Positions 6,664-14,151 are shown, counted from the stretch's first letter. The stretch is 20,000 nucleotides of DNA from an uncultured virus (IMG/VR IMGVR_UViG_3300032676_000720) (IMGVR_UViG_3300032676_000720); one strand, 5' to 3'. The notes: generated by a model from the sequence alone, not told the origin. Numbers and translations are program-made.

Positions 6664-6711
6664 GATTTTTTCAATAATAATTTTAATAACGCTTATTGAT
6701 TTTTTCAATAA
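6664..6711. promoter_or_regulatory. OxyR/LysR-like binding site with a 14-bp direct repeat
   Basis: TAAT(6684-87)-N7-ATTG(6695-98)-N7-CAAT(6706-09); GATTTTTTCAATAA at 6664 and 6698. Confidence 0.45.
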
Positions 6712-6716
6712 CAAAA

Positions 6717-7373
6717 TTATAATAATGCCAAAACTTGTTCAGCAGTTAAATCTGGAAACTCTATACAAAATGTAAATCGGTCAACCGTATCTTTAATCTC
6801 ATGTGCCGAATGAAACTCTAGTTGATTAAACAGATACCAAACGTCTTTCTCCATTACTAATCTATATACTTCTTCTAAGTGGTCTGGATTAGCATATTTG
6901 AGGAAATCATATTCAGTAAAGTCTACAATTTTTTTATAGAATCTAGTTTCCATATCAGGTTCAGATAATACAACAAAGAAGCTAGATTTTCTTAAATGGT
7001 CAGTATGTAATAATAGATAATCCCCATCTCCTGCGTGTTGTAAAGTTAACACTATGTTTTGATTCTTAATACTATTTGGCAATAAGTTAATAATTTCTTG
7101 TGTAGCTTCTTTACTGATGTCGTAGTGATTAAACTTACATCGCTTGCCATATAGTTCTTCGGATCGTCGTAACCTTTCGGCAAATTCTAAGGCTTGATCC
7201 TTTGTCATTATAGATTCAGGAATAGTTTGGCCCGATGGGTCTTTTTTAAACCACTCCCTTGCTTCTAAGTGATACGGCTCTCGGACTGTATAGCTTTTAC
7301 TGTTAATAATTTCATTAACGATAGCTGTAACTTTGGATAAGTCAATGGGCGATTCTTTTAAGTAGAAACTCAT
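6717..7373 (-). CDS. 2OG-Fe(II) oxygenase-like protein
   Basis: HTD motif, distal WYLFN...FHSA and R-x-T, typical of double-stranded beta-helix oxygenases. Confidence 0.55.
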   Translation of the reverse strand: MSFYLKESPIDLSKVTAIVNEIINSKSYTVREPYHLEAREWFKKDPSGQTIPESIMTKDQALEFAERLRRSEELYGKRCKFNHYDISKEATQEIINLLPNSIKNQNIVLTLQHAGDGDYLLLHTDHLRKSSFFVVLSEPDMETRFYKKIVDFTEYDFLKYANPDHLEEVYRLVMEKDVWYLFNQLEFHSAHEIKDTVDRFTFCIEFPDLTAEQVLALL

Positions 7374-7564
7374 CAGTGTACTGATTCGTCCTCGTAGCCA
7401 ATGAATACATTACACCCTCGCTGTCGAGCTTCATCCAATGCTTGTTCAGTAGCAGCATCGCATACCAATTCGAACATTTCATCAATCTCATTCTGAGTTA
7501 AATGTTCTTCTCCGATAAGTCCTGCGAATACTGCTTCTGCTACCATTAATCTATCGTCTGTCAT
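7373..7564 (-). CDS. Hypothetical protein
   Basis: 63 aa, coupled on both sides. Confidence 0.75.
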   Translation of the reverse strand: MTDDRLMVAEAVFAGLIGEEHLTQNEIDEMFELVCDAATEQALDEARQRGCNVFIGYEDESVH

Positions 7565-7728
7565 TATTTCTCCGTTGGAGTAAATCGTTCGTTAAATGCT
7601 TCTGTACGACAAGTAAATTCCTCGCCGAGATGATTAGTGTATTTGATCCAATCATCTTGATCTACTGTGTATCGTTCTTTAACATAAAAGATTCTTGAAT
7701 CTTTATCCATATAAACTATTTGTACCAT
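7564..7728 (-). CDS. Hypothetical protein (54 aa)
   Basis: Start reassigned to ATG 7728 (TAATG overlap). Confidence 0.7.
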   Translation of the reverse strand: MVQIVYMDKDSRIFYVKERYTVDQDDWIKYTNHLGEEFTCRTEAFNERFTPTEK

Positions 7729-8078
7729 TATTGATTCCTTGCTAATCTTGCTTCGCGATGTGCGTTCCAACTTGCGTCTAAGTTGGCATTTTGTCTAAAC
7801 AATTTGTCGTATGCTCTGTCAGTGATACCATACAAATTGCCTTCTTGTTGTGATTCAAAAAAATTATAATCTATTGTCCATCTAGGAATAATTGTAACCA
7901 ATGCGTCTGCGTCATGTAATACCGGAAGTTGTTTCCACTGGAACATTAGTCGATCCACACAAGATTTCCAATATGTTTTAGACCATTCAGATTTTGCGCT
8001 GGCTAAACTTTTACGAGCCGCATCTAACCGTCCACCGAGCACTTCTGCTTCTTCACCTAAAAAACGATATGATTTCAT
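7728..8078 (-). CDS. Hypothetical protein
   Basis: 116 aa, TAATG-coupled. Confidence 0.75.
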   Translation of the reverse strand: MKSYRFLGEEAEVLGGRLDAARKSLASAKSEWSKTYWKSCVDRLMFQWKQLPVLHDADALVTIIPRWTIDYNFFESQQEGNLYGITDRAYDKLFRQNANLDASWNAHREARLARNQ

Positions 8079-8263
8079 TATACACTTTCCTTAATATGAA
8101 GTTCTTCTACTAAGTCATGCGCTAGATTTAATGCCATCATTGCGCCAAGATATACTAACCTTCGTTCGTTGTCATCGCCAGAGCAATTTTCTGTCATAGA
8201 CATAAGTTCTTCAAACGATTTTGGTGTAACAAATAGCCCCGAATGGGGAATGGGATTTAACAT
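8078..8263 (-). CDS. Hypothetical protein
   Basis: 61 aa, SD AGGAG. Confidence 0.75.
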   Translation of the reverse strand: MLNPIPHSGLFVTPKSFEELMSMTENCSGDDNERRLVYLGAMMALNLAHDLVEELHIKESV

Positions 8264-8291
8264 TTAAACTCCTTTATCTAACTATAGAACT

Positions 8292-8320
8292 ATTATAGCA
8301 AAATTGGATTTAATTGTCAA
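8292..8320 (-). promoter_or_regulatory. Consensus sigma70 promoter TTGACA-17-TATAAT
   Basis: -35 8320-8315 (overlaps the TGA of the upstream gene), -10 8297-8292. Confidence 0.85.
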
Positions 8321-8547
8321 CTCCACTTCATTAAGAAGGAAAGATAGTCTCTTTCGGAGTCAAAATAGAAGATATATTCACCATTTTTGGTATGAGTGCT
8401 TACTTCTATTAGTTGCCAGCGCCATTCGGCTACCAATTCATGTTTACACCAATCCAATATTTGTTCAATAATGCCAAAAGATTTAATTATTCTGTGAGCA
8501 TGATTATATTGCTCTTTTGAATGAATAAATTCACCTTGTATTATCAT
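8317..8547 (-). CDS. Hypothetical small protein (possible paralogue of 8544-8765)
   Basis: Ends FYFDSERDYLSFLMKWS. Confidence 0.75.
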   Translation of the reverse strand: MIIQGEFIHSKEQYNHAHRIIKSFGIIEQILDWCKHELVAEWRWQLIEVSTHTKNGEYIFYFDSERDYLSFLMKWS

Positions 8548-8765
8548 GCGGTTACCTCACCAAACTTCAATTTGAATAGCAAAGCGTCGTGTTCTTCTTT
8601 GAATATCCAATCCATACAGTTACCGCCAATGTCAGTAATGTATCTACCACCAGGTAAACCAAATAATTCTACTGCTTTATAGCACACTTCGTCCCATCTT
8701 AATATATTATCAAGATCATTTTGTAGTGTTACCCTAACACTGAATGTATATTCAGGATCACGCAA
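8544..8765 (-). CDS. Hypothetical small protein
   Basis: Ends WIFKEEHDALLFKLKFG... Confidence 0.75.
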   Translation of the reverse strand: MRDPEYTFSVRVTLQNDLDNILRWDEVCYKAVELFGLPGGRYITDIGGNCMDWIFKEEHDALLFKLKFGEVTA

Positions 8766-8997
8766 TATAAGTTTTCCTTATGTAATCGTCTGATTGTTCA
8801 GGAGTCATTGTATAATATAATAAGTTATCTTTTATATTAAAACGATTACAAAAACTTTGTCCATAGCGCAATCCATGTAAGGCGTCCCAGATAAAATCTT
8901 TGACCCACAGTTCGTATTCATCTAAAGTAATTCTTAGACTAGTGTGTCGTTCGTCATGTAATTCGTGATGTGTAAAAACAGAATGTCCGCTAGTCAT
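8758..8997 (-). CDS. Hypothetical protein
   Basis: 79 aa, LRYGQSFCN motif. Confidence 0.75.
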   Translation of the reverse strand: MTSGHSVFTHHELHDERHTSLRITLDEYELWVKDFIWDALHGLRYGQSFCNRFNIKDNLLYYTMTPEQSDDYIRKTYIA

Positions 8998-9038
8998 TAT
9001 TCTTTAACTTCTATGTTTGGTTTTTCTTTGTTAGTCAT
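8997..9038 (-). other. 13-codon mini-ORF MTNKEKPNIEVKE with TAATG coupling at both ends
   Basis: ATG 9038 overlaps the upstream TAA; its TAA overlaps ATG 8997. Confidence 0.5.
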
Positions 9039-9199
9039 TAGTTTTTCAGACTATCTATTATAAAATCACCAGCATCTCCAAACTCATAGCCTTGATGCGG
9101 ATACACAGCAATATTCCGTTCTCTACGATATATTGTAGTGAGCCAATGCCACTGTCCGTTGATCCGACGTGGTTTCCACGGACCTTGCGGTCCTTTAAT
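9038..9199 (-). pseudogene. Small gene lacking a canonical start next to the HNH insertion
   Basis: IKGPQGPWKPRRINGQWHWLTTIYRRERN...SLKN looks like a real small protein, but no in-frame ATG lies near its 5' end. Confidence 0.45.
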
Positions 9200-9226
9200 A
9201 AATTTAATAAGTGTTAGACGAGATGA

Positions 9227-9295
9227 TAAATAAGAATGCCGATCACGATACTGGACATATCTACCGGCTCTAACAGTTAATAAGGAACTATCAGC
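9227..9295 (+). promoter_or_regulatory. Late-promoter-like TAAATA plus a structured leader sequestering the HNH RBS
   Basis: TAAATA 9227-9232; GCCG/CGGC and GATA/TATC stems; AGTT/AACT stem around AAGGA. Confidence 0.6.
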
Positions 9296-9967
9296 ATGAT
9301 ATTTATACCCAACAAATACACTAAATGGTATTTTGCCATTATCAATAATGCCAGGACTCGTACTAATACTGGTTATAACGAACAACATCATATTACTCCT
9401 GAGTGCTTTTTCAAAAACAGAACTCGCAAAGGTCCAGCTGGACAGCTAGTCGGTAATCCTGAAGATCCATCCAACAAAGTAAAACTTACAGCAAAAGAAC
9501 ACTTCATTTGTCATCACCTTCTAACTAAAATGCTTGCCGATACTCGCCCACGGGCACAAATGCTAAAAGCCCTAGAACGAATGACCGCAAGTAATAATAA
9601 ACATCAACGCTACAAAATAACAGCCCGACTATTTCAACAAATTCGTATCGAAGCCGCTACAGCACATTCAACTCTAATCAAAGGCAAACCGAGCCATTCA
9701 AAAGGTAAAAAATGCCCTAACATCTCAATGGCTAAAACAGGTAAATCTATTAAACAACCACCTAGAACCGAACAGCATCGTATCAATCTTGGCAATAGCC
9801 TCAAAGGTAAACCTGCTTGGAACAAAGGTAAAACTTACACTAACAAACCATACAAACGATTAACCTGTCCTCATTGCGGATTAGAAGGTAGCATCGCTAA
9901 TATTAAACGCTGGCATAACAATAACTGTAAATCAATCCCAATGGGCACGGAAGTACTTTCCAAATAG
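9296..9967 (+). CDS. HNH homing endonuclease with NUMOD3-like segments and a C-terminal CPHC module
   Basis: EQHHITP...NKVKLTAKEHFICHHLL; KGKPAWNKGK; only credible plus-strand gene in the minus-strand block. Confidence 0.85.
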   Translation: MIFIPNKYTKWYFAIINNARTRTNTGYNEQHHITPECFFKNRTRKGPAGQLVGNPEDPSNKVKLTAKEHFICHHLLTKMLADTRPRAQMLKALERMTASNNKHQRYKITARLFQQIRIEAATAHSTLIKGKPSHSKGKKCPNISMAKTGKSIKQPPRTEQHRINLGNSLKGKPAWNKGKTYTNKPYKRLTCPHCGLEGSIANIKRWHNNNCKSIPMGTEVLSK

Positions 9968-10603
9968 TCTAAATCCGTTATCCATCCGGGCTTGATGTGC
10001 TTTAAGTCCTTCCCAATCACATTTAGGACTTACGTAATTTTCGTCCCATGGCGCTGTGTCATTACAGCCACTATGATCCCAAAACTTATCTTCGGAGTGT
10101 TCATCAACTAATTGTTCGAATGCCCATATTTCTTCGTTAAGCACCCAGTCCCAACGGTCATGTAGTGTTGTATCTTCATCGCCCATGTCTACAGCGTGTG
10201 CGTTAACCTCTACACCTTTTTTCTTACGACGCTGACCTTTTTTGTAGCCTTCAGATTGTAAGTGTACCGGTACATCTTCGTCGTCGACATATGGACTACC
10301 ATGCTTAGTATCACGTAACTGTTTGAGCATAGGTAGTATGACATCAGCTAATGTATGATCCATTGACCAAGTGTCCCAAAAGTCAATCTTGATATAAGAC
10401 CAGCGTGGGTGGACTGTGTCTAGGAACTTTTGCCATAGTTGGCAAATAGGATCTAATATCTTAACCCAAGTTCCATATACAGGTTTATACGCTACATCGT
10501 GGTCATAAAAGACTCCATCGTCCTTTTCCCAAAAGCAAACTCGCTTGAGAATATGATACGGGCTTACCCAGTGATTACGATACTTACTTGTCCAAATTTT
10601 CAT
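9932..10603 (-). CDS. Hypothetical phage protein
   Basis: 223 aa; IDFWDTWSMDHTLA...GFRLFGKYF; 3' end overlaps the HNH gene by 36 bp. Confidence 0.8.
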   Translation of the reverse strand: MKIWTSKYRNHWVSPYHILKRVCFWEKDDGVFYDHDVAYKPVYGTWVKILDPICQLWQKFLDTVHPRWSYIKIDFWDTWSMDHTLADVILPMLKQLRDTKHGSPYVDDEDVPVHLQSEGYKKGQRRKKKGVEVNAHAVDMGDEDTTLHDRWDWVLNEEIWAFEQLVDEHSEDKFWDHSGCNDTAPWDENYVSPKCDWEGLKAHQARMDNGFRLFGKYFRAHWD

Positions 10604-10778
10604 TTTTGTATTCCTTGATATAATCTTTTAAAATTTGTTCAACCAACTGATTTAGTGTAATATCTTGTTCATGAGCATATAACATAAGCTGATACAACTC
10701 TTCGCGATCTAATCGTAGTTCAACAATTTCGCTACCATCTAACGGGTCATCTATACTTGTTAAATCAATATCTGTCAT
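10584..10778 (-). CDS. Ribbon-helix-helix-like small DNA-binding protein
   Basis: VELRLDREELYQLMLYAHEQDITLNQLVEQIL; start at the TAATG overlap. Confidence 0.6.
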   Translation of the reverse strand: MTDIDLTSIDDPLDGSEIVELRLDREELYQLMLYAHEQDITLNQLVEQILKDYIKEYKNENLDK

Positions 10779-10960
10779 TACCAACTCCCGTCATCTATCC
10801 ATAGTCTTACTGTTAAAAACAACCAACTAACGTACCAAGTACGTTCATTAGGTCCTGCCCATTCATCTGTAAACGCTCTGCCACCTTGTGGCATATAACG
10901 CCAGTGTAATGGATTAACTGTTATTATAACAGACATTCCCGAGTAAGTCAACCATTTCAT
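10778..10960 (-). CDS. Hypothetical Trp-rich protein
   Basis: 60 aa, coupled. Confidence 0.7.
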   Translation of the reverse strand: MKWLTYSGMSVIITVNPLHWRYMPQGGRAFTDEWAGPNERTWYVSWLFLTVRLWIDDGSW

Positions 10961-11379
10961 TTGTATTCCTTATCTAATTTGGTACTAGTTAATTCAGCTA
11001 GTACTTGGAACTTATCCCATGCTTCTTTAACTGCTGGGCGCTTGGCCAACTCGGTATCAGGTAACACGGTTTCTAGCCAAATCTCAGATCTGCGTGTGCT
11101 GTGTGCGCCAAACTTACGAGGTTGGTGTAGCTTGCCGGAATCGTATAGTTCCATCGATATAGCTCTAAAAGCCAATTTGTGTTTATCGGTTGGGTAGTGT
11201 TGCCACTCCGGACTACTCCAACTTTGACGAGCATGATATCCTTGCCAAATGTCTTCCCACTCCTCATCGATATGTGGATCAAAATTAGTACGAGCAATAA
11301 CAACCAATACATCGTCAATGTCCACAACCCCTTCGTAGAGATCAACTAAACATCGACTATAACTTAATCCTACTTTCAT
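10957..11379 (-). CDS. Hypothetical protein
   Basis: 140 aa, coupled. Confidence 0.8.
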   Translation of the reverse strand: MKVGLSYSRCLVDLYEGVVDIDDVLVVIARTNFDPHIDEEWEDIWQGYHARQSWSSPEWQHYPTDKHKLAFRAISMELYDSGKLHQPRKFGAHSTRRSEIWLETVLPDTELAKRPAVKEAWDKFQVLAELTSTKLDKEYK

Positions 11380-12299
11380 TACACCTCCAAATATTGTAAT
11401 TTAAACCAATCAGCACTTGCTTCATGGCCAACATAGCCTCGTGGGTTACATACTACTCTAGTATCGCCAATCCAATAGTTAAAATTAAAATGCGTGTGTC
11501 CATGTAGCCAATACTTAATCTGTGGCCTAGCTTCAATAAAATCATCCAAGTTACTACGAAAAGCAGCGTTTAGTAAGTTACCTTTATATACATCTGCTAC
11601 GCTTAACTCAGACGGACAATGATGACCAACAACAATATAACTGCCGGGATCGCGTGTAACATGGTCAACATAGGCTAACATTTTCTTATGGTCAACCACG
11701 CTATCTTCAGGAGTCCATCGAGCCGGCTCTTCTTTGCTCTTGTAGCCAATATTGATCATGGCACCTGTGGCATCTTTGCTATACTGCCCACCGTTACGAC
11801 CATCATCGGTCCACAAAGGATTCTTTTCGTAGATAGGAACATTCCGCACAACCATTCTATTGCTGTTTAACACTTCGCGGAAATCATTCATAGATCCTTG
11901 AGCATAATTCATAGCTAACGAATCCTCATTGTTCATGTCGGTCCATAGTGTACCACCAATAAATGTATGATCCATATGAGTCCAACACTCTTTCTCAAGG
12001 ATATGTAAATTACCATAGTCCAAATGATACTTAAGAATGTTTTCAGTATGGGCAACATCTCCCGAGTAGTGTTCGTGATTGCCCATGATGTAAACTATAT
12101 GGGGAAACTCTCGACAAACATTGTCAAAAAACTGCCTGTACTCTTTAGCCAAATGCTTTAAGTAAGTGGGCCTACCATCTGTGAAGTGTTTAGCTACACA
12201 GATGTCGCCAGCAAGAACTAATACATCTGCCTGTTCTTCATTCTTGAGTTCAATAGGTCCGAACTCTAAATGGATATCACTTGCTAGAGCTAATTTCAA
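11379..12299 (-). CDS. Calcineurin-like metallophosphoesterase
   Basis: SDIHLE, LAGD, GNHEHY, GHHCP, HGHTH, CNPRGY motifs; TTG start. Confidence 0.9.
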   Translation of the reverse strand: MKLALASDIHLEFGPIELKNEEQADVLVLAGDICVAKHFTDGRPTYLKHLAKEYRQFFDNVCREFPHIVYIMGNHEHYSGDVAHTENILKYHLDYGNLHILEKECWTHMDHTFIGGTLWTDMNNEDSLAMNYAQGSMNDFREVLNSNRMVVRNVPIYEKNPLWTDDGRNGGQYSKDATGAMINIGYKSKEEPARWTPEDSVVDHKKMLAYVDHVTRDPGSYIVVGHHCPSELSVADVYKGNLLNAAFRSNLDDFIEARPQIKYWLHGHTHFNFNYWIGDTRVVCNPRGYVGHEASADWFKLQYLEV

Positions 12300-12633
12300 T
12301 TGTGACTTCCTTTAATTGTGTTTGTAGTTCTTTTACTAGGTCTTCGTCACCGCCTGCTAAGTAGGCTGTTTTATCCGGAAAGCGAGCTTTAATAGCATCG
12401 CGAAGTTCTGTTATTGTATTACCTTGACAAAGAAACTGTTTGTCTTCTTCACTATAACAATAGATTTGGCCGTTAACTCGTTCGACAGTAACCGGCATTA
12501 AAGTATCCGAGGCTTGCTTAATTTTAGAATCAATTTCTCCAATAACTTGGCGAACTACGCTTCTAATATAAACATATACAAATACAAATGTTAATCCAAT
12601 ACCGATTACAATTCCTAAAATAATATCGCTCAT
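12277..12633 (-). CDS. Membrane-anchored hypothetical protein
   Basis: N-terminal hydrophobic helix IILGIVIGIGLTFVFVYVYI. Confidence 0.75.
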   Translation of the reverse strand: MSDIILGIVIGIGLTFVFVYVYIRSVVRQVIGEIDSKIKQASDTLMPVTVERVNGQIYCYSEEDKQFLCQGNTITELRDAIKARFPDKTAYLAGGDEDLVKELQTQLKEVTIEISSSK

Positions 12634-13148
12634 TTATCTAATCCTTTATCTTCTACACCTTGTTTATACCATTCAGTTAAGGGTTCTGGCTCTTCGTCAT
12701 CTTCCCAACCCCATTCATCTTTAACTTTATCTTTGTAGTACTCTGGTTCATTGGAACTATCTGTACATTCATCATCGAAGTACTCGCCATCGTATATAGC
12801 TGTTCCTACAAATCCTACTCCAGGCTCAAAGTAATCTAGCTGAAATGTTACATTGGGTTGACTTCTTGCCCAAGTTTCAAACGCTTGAACTGGAGGAGCC
12901 CATGCCGTACTAAAACTAAAACTAATCGAATCACCTTCTTCGTCGTCTAGATAACATTCGTTGATATCCCACTTGGTGCCCCAATTTTCTACATTCCAGC
13001 TATACCAGTCTTGGTCGTTTTCAAACTTAGGTTGTGGGACCATCCAGTTCAATAATTCTCCATCATCGCTTTCTATAATCTTTTTGATTTCATTAATTAC
13101 TTCTGCTGGACCACTAATAGTTGCTCTGTTATCACACCAATTAGGCAT
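12630..13148 (-). CDS. YubB/DUF1281 ferredoxin-like domain protein
   Basis: MPNWC.N start after AGGAG; WY.W...NWGTKWD, F.TAWAPP, YFEPG..F.G. Confidence 0.8.
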   Translation of the reverse strand: MPNWCDNRATISGPAEVINEIKKIIESDDGELLNWMVPQPKFENDQDWYSWNVENWGTKWDINECYLDDEEGDSISFSFSTAWAPPVQAFETWARSQPNVTFQLDYFEPGVGFVGTAIYDGEYFDDECTDSSNEPEYYKDKVKDEWGWEDDEEPEPLTEWYKQGVEDKGLDK

Positions 13149-13602
13149 TCTTCTTCTCCTTGCGGTTTTCAAAATATTGTTCGTGTTGGACCCATTCATC
13201 ATTAACTAGGAATCCCCAGTCTCTTCTTTGCTTACCAGGCATAAACAATGTCCAACAAGTCTTACCTGGCTTCAACTCAATTCTATGATATGATTCTGCC
13301 GAACAAGTACGGAAGTGCCCTGGGCCACGCCATTTTTGTACTTCGCTAACCATTTCACCCATTTCATTAAAGTATGGGATCCATTCATAATAGCCACCCC
13401 ATAAAATTATTGTAGCATAGGGCCAAGGATGATCATGAACATCATCTGGATCGCCCTTTAGGAACTTGTGTAGGAATATATTAAATGGAAAGTGCTTACG
13501 ATCCTTTAGGAACAAATAATATCGTTCCAAATAAGGTTCGTTATCTTGCCTGTCCAAAATAACACGGTATTTACCTAATCGTTCGAATAGTTTTTTAAGC
13601 AT
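13141..13602 (-). CDS. Cupin-like phage protein
   Basis: HDHPW...GGYYE...YHRIEL...WTLF; start reassigned to ATG 13602. Confidence 0.7.
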   Translation of the reverse strand: MLKKLFERLGKYRVILDRQDNEPYLERYYLFLKDRKHFPFNIFLHKFLKGDPDDVHDHPWPYATIILWGGYYEWIPYFNEMGEMVSEVQKWRGPGHFRTCSAESYHRIELKPGKTCWTLFMPGKQRRDWGFLVNDEWVQHEQYFENRKEKKNA

Positions 13603-13608
13603 ACAATG

Positions 13609-13637
13609 ATTATACCTTAAAATCAATTACTTGTCAA
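13609..13637 (-). promoter_or_regulatory. Consensus sigma70 promoter TTGACA-17-TATAAT, likely giving a leaderless mRNA
   Basis: -35 13637-13632, -10 13614-13609, 6 nt, then ATG 13602. Confidence 0.85.
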
Positions 13638-13639
13638 TG

Positions 13640-13666
13640 AAAAAGCCCCAGGGATTGGGGCTTTTT
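13640..13666. terminator. Bidirectional intrinsic terminator
   Basis: AAAAAGCCCCA-GGGAT-TGGGGCTTTTT. Confidence 0.85.
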
Positions 13667-13703
13667 GGTTTTAAATGCCGCCGAACGGGGCATTTAGGTG
13701 TGA

Positions 13704-13973
13704 TTACAAGCCTACAGCAAGAGCGCGGTAGCCAGCAGCGATCAACTCGCGTGATGGTTTGGTCAATGCGTATTCAGTTACTTGAATGCCATTACCAGCC
13801 TTACGGTTGATAGTAGCTACAGCAAAACCATTGTGGCGAATGCGTGAAACTTCAGCGGCCAAGTTCTTGATGCCAAAACGCTTTTGTGCTACAGAAGCTG
13901 TAACAACTTCACCTGCTTGAAGAGCTGTTTGGAGTTTAAATGTTTTTGTATCGCGTGAATATTGATATTTCAT
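13704..13973 (-). CDS. Winged-helix/HTH DNA-binding protein (89 aa)
   Basis: LQAGEVVTASVAQKRFGIKNLAAEVSRIRHNG; SD AAGGA before ATG 13973. Confidence 0.7.
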   Translation of the reverse strand: MKYQYSRDTKTFKLQTALQAGEVVTASVAQKRFGIKNLAAEVSRIRHNGFAVATINRKAGNGIQVTEYALTKPSRELIAAGYRALAVGL

Positions 13974-14033
13974 GTTTATTGTATCCTTTCTTAGTAGTAA
14001 TAAACGGTAGTTGATTTTACACAACTTAGAACT

Positions 14034-14062
14034 AGTATACACTCACTAACTTAATAAAACAA
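14034..14062 (-). promoter_or_regulatory. sigma70-like promoter TTGTTT-17-TATACT
   Basis: -10 14039-14034, weak -35 14062-14057. Confidence 0.5.
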
Positions 14063-14120
14063 GTGAAACGGCGCACTAAATTGGTTAATTCTGCCAAAAA
14101 CCGCTATACAGCGTTTTAAC

Positions 14121-14126
14121 TAAATA
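14121..14126 (+). promoter_or_regulatory. Late-promoter-like TAAATA upstream of the tail gene
   Basis: Core of the T4 late promoter TATAAATA, 25 nt before the ATG; same hexamer at 9227 and 19992. Confidence 0.5.
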
Positions 14127-14151
14127 ATAAAGCTAACCAAGGATAACATAG

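Noticed and set aside
9200..9391. N-terminal extension of ORF 9038-9391
   Set aside because: Antisense to the HNH gene and its leader; unlikely to be the real N-terminus
9200..9967. Group I intron around the HNH gene
   Set aside because: The ORF is antisense to the operon, does not split a gene, and its flanks are too short for an intron core
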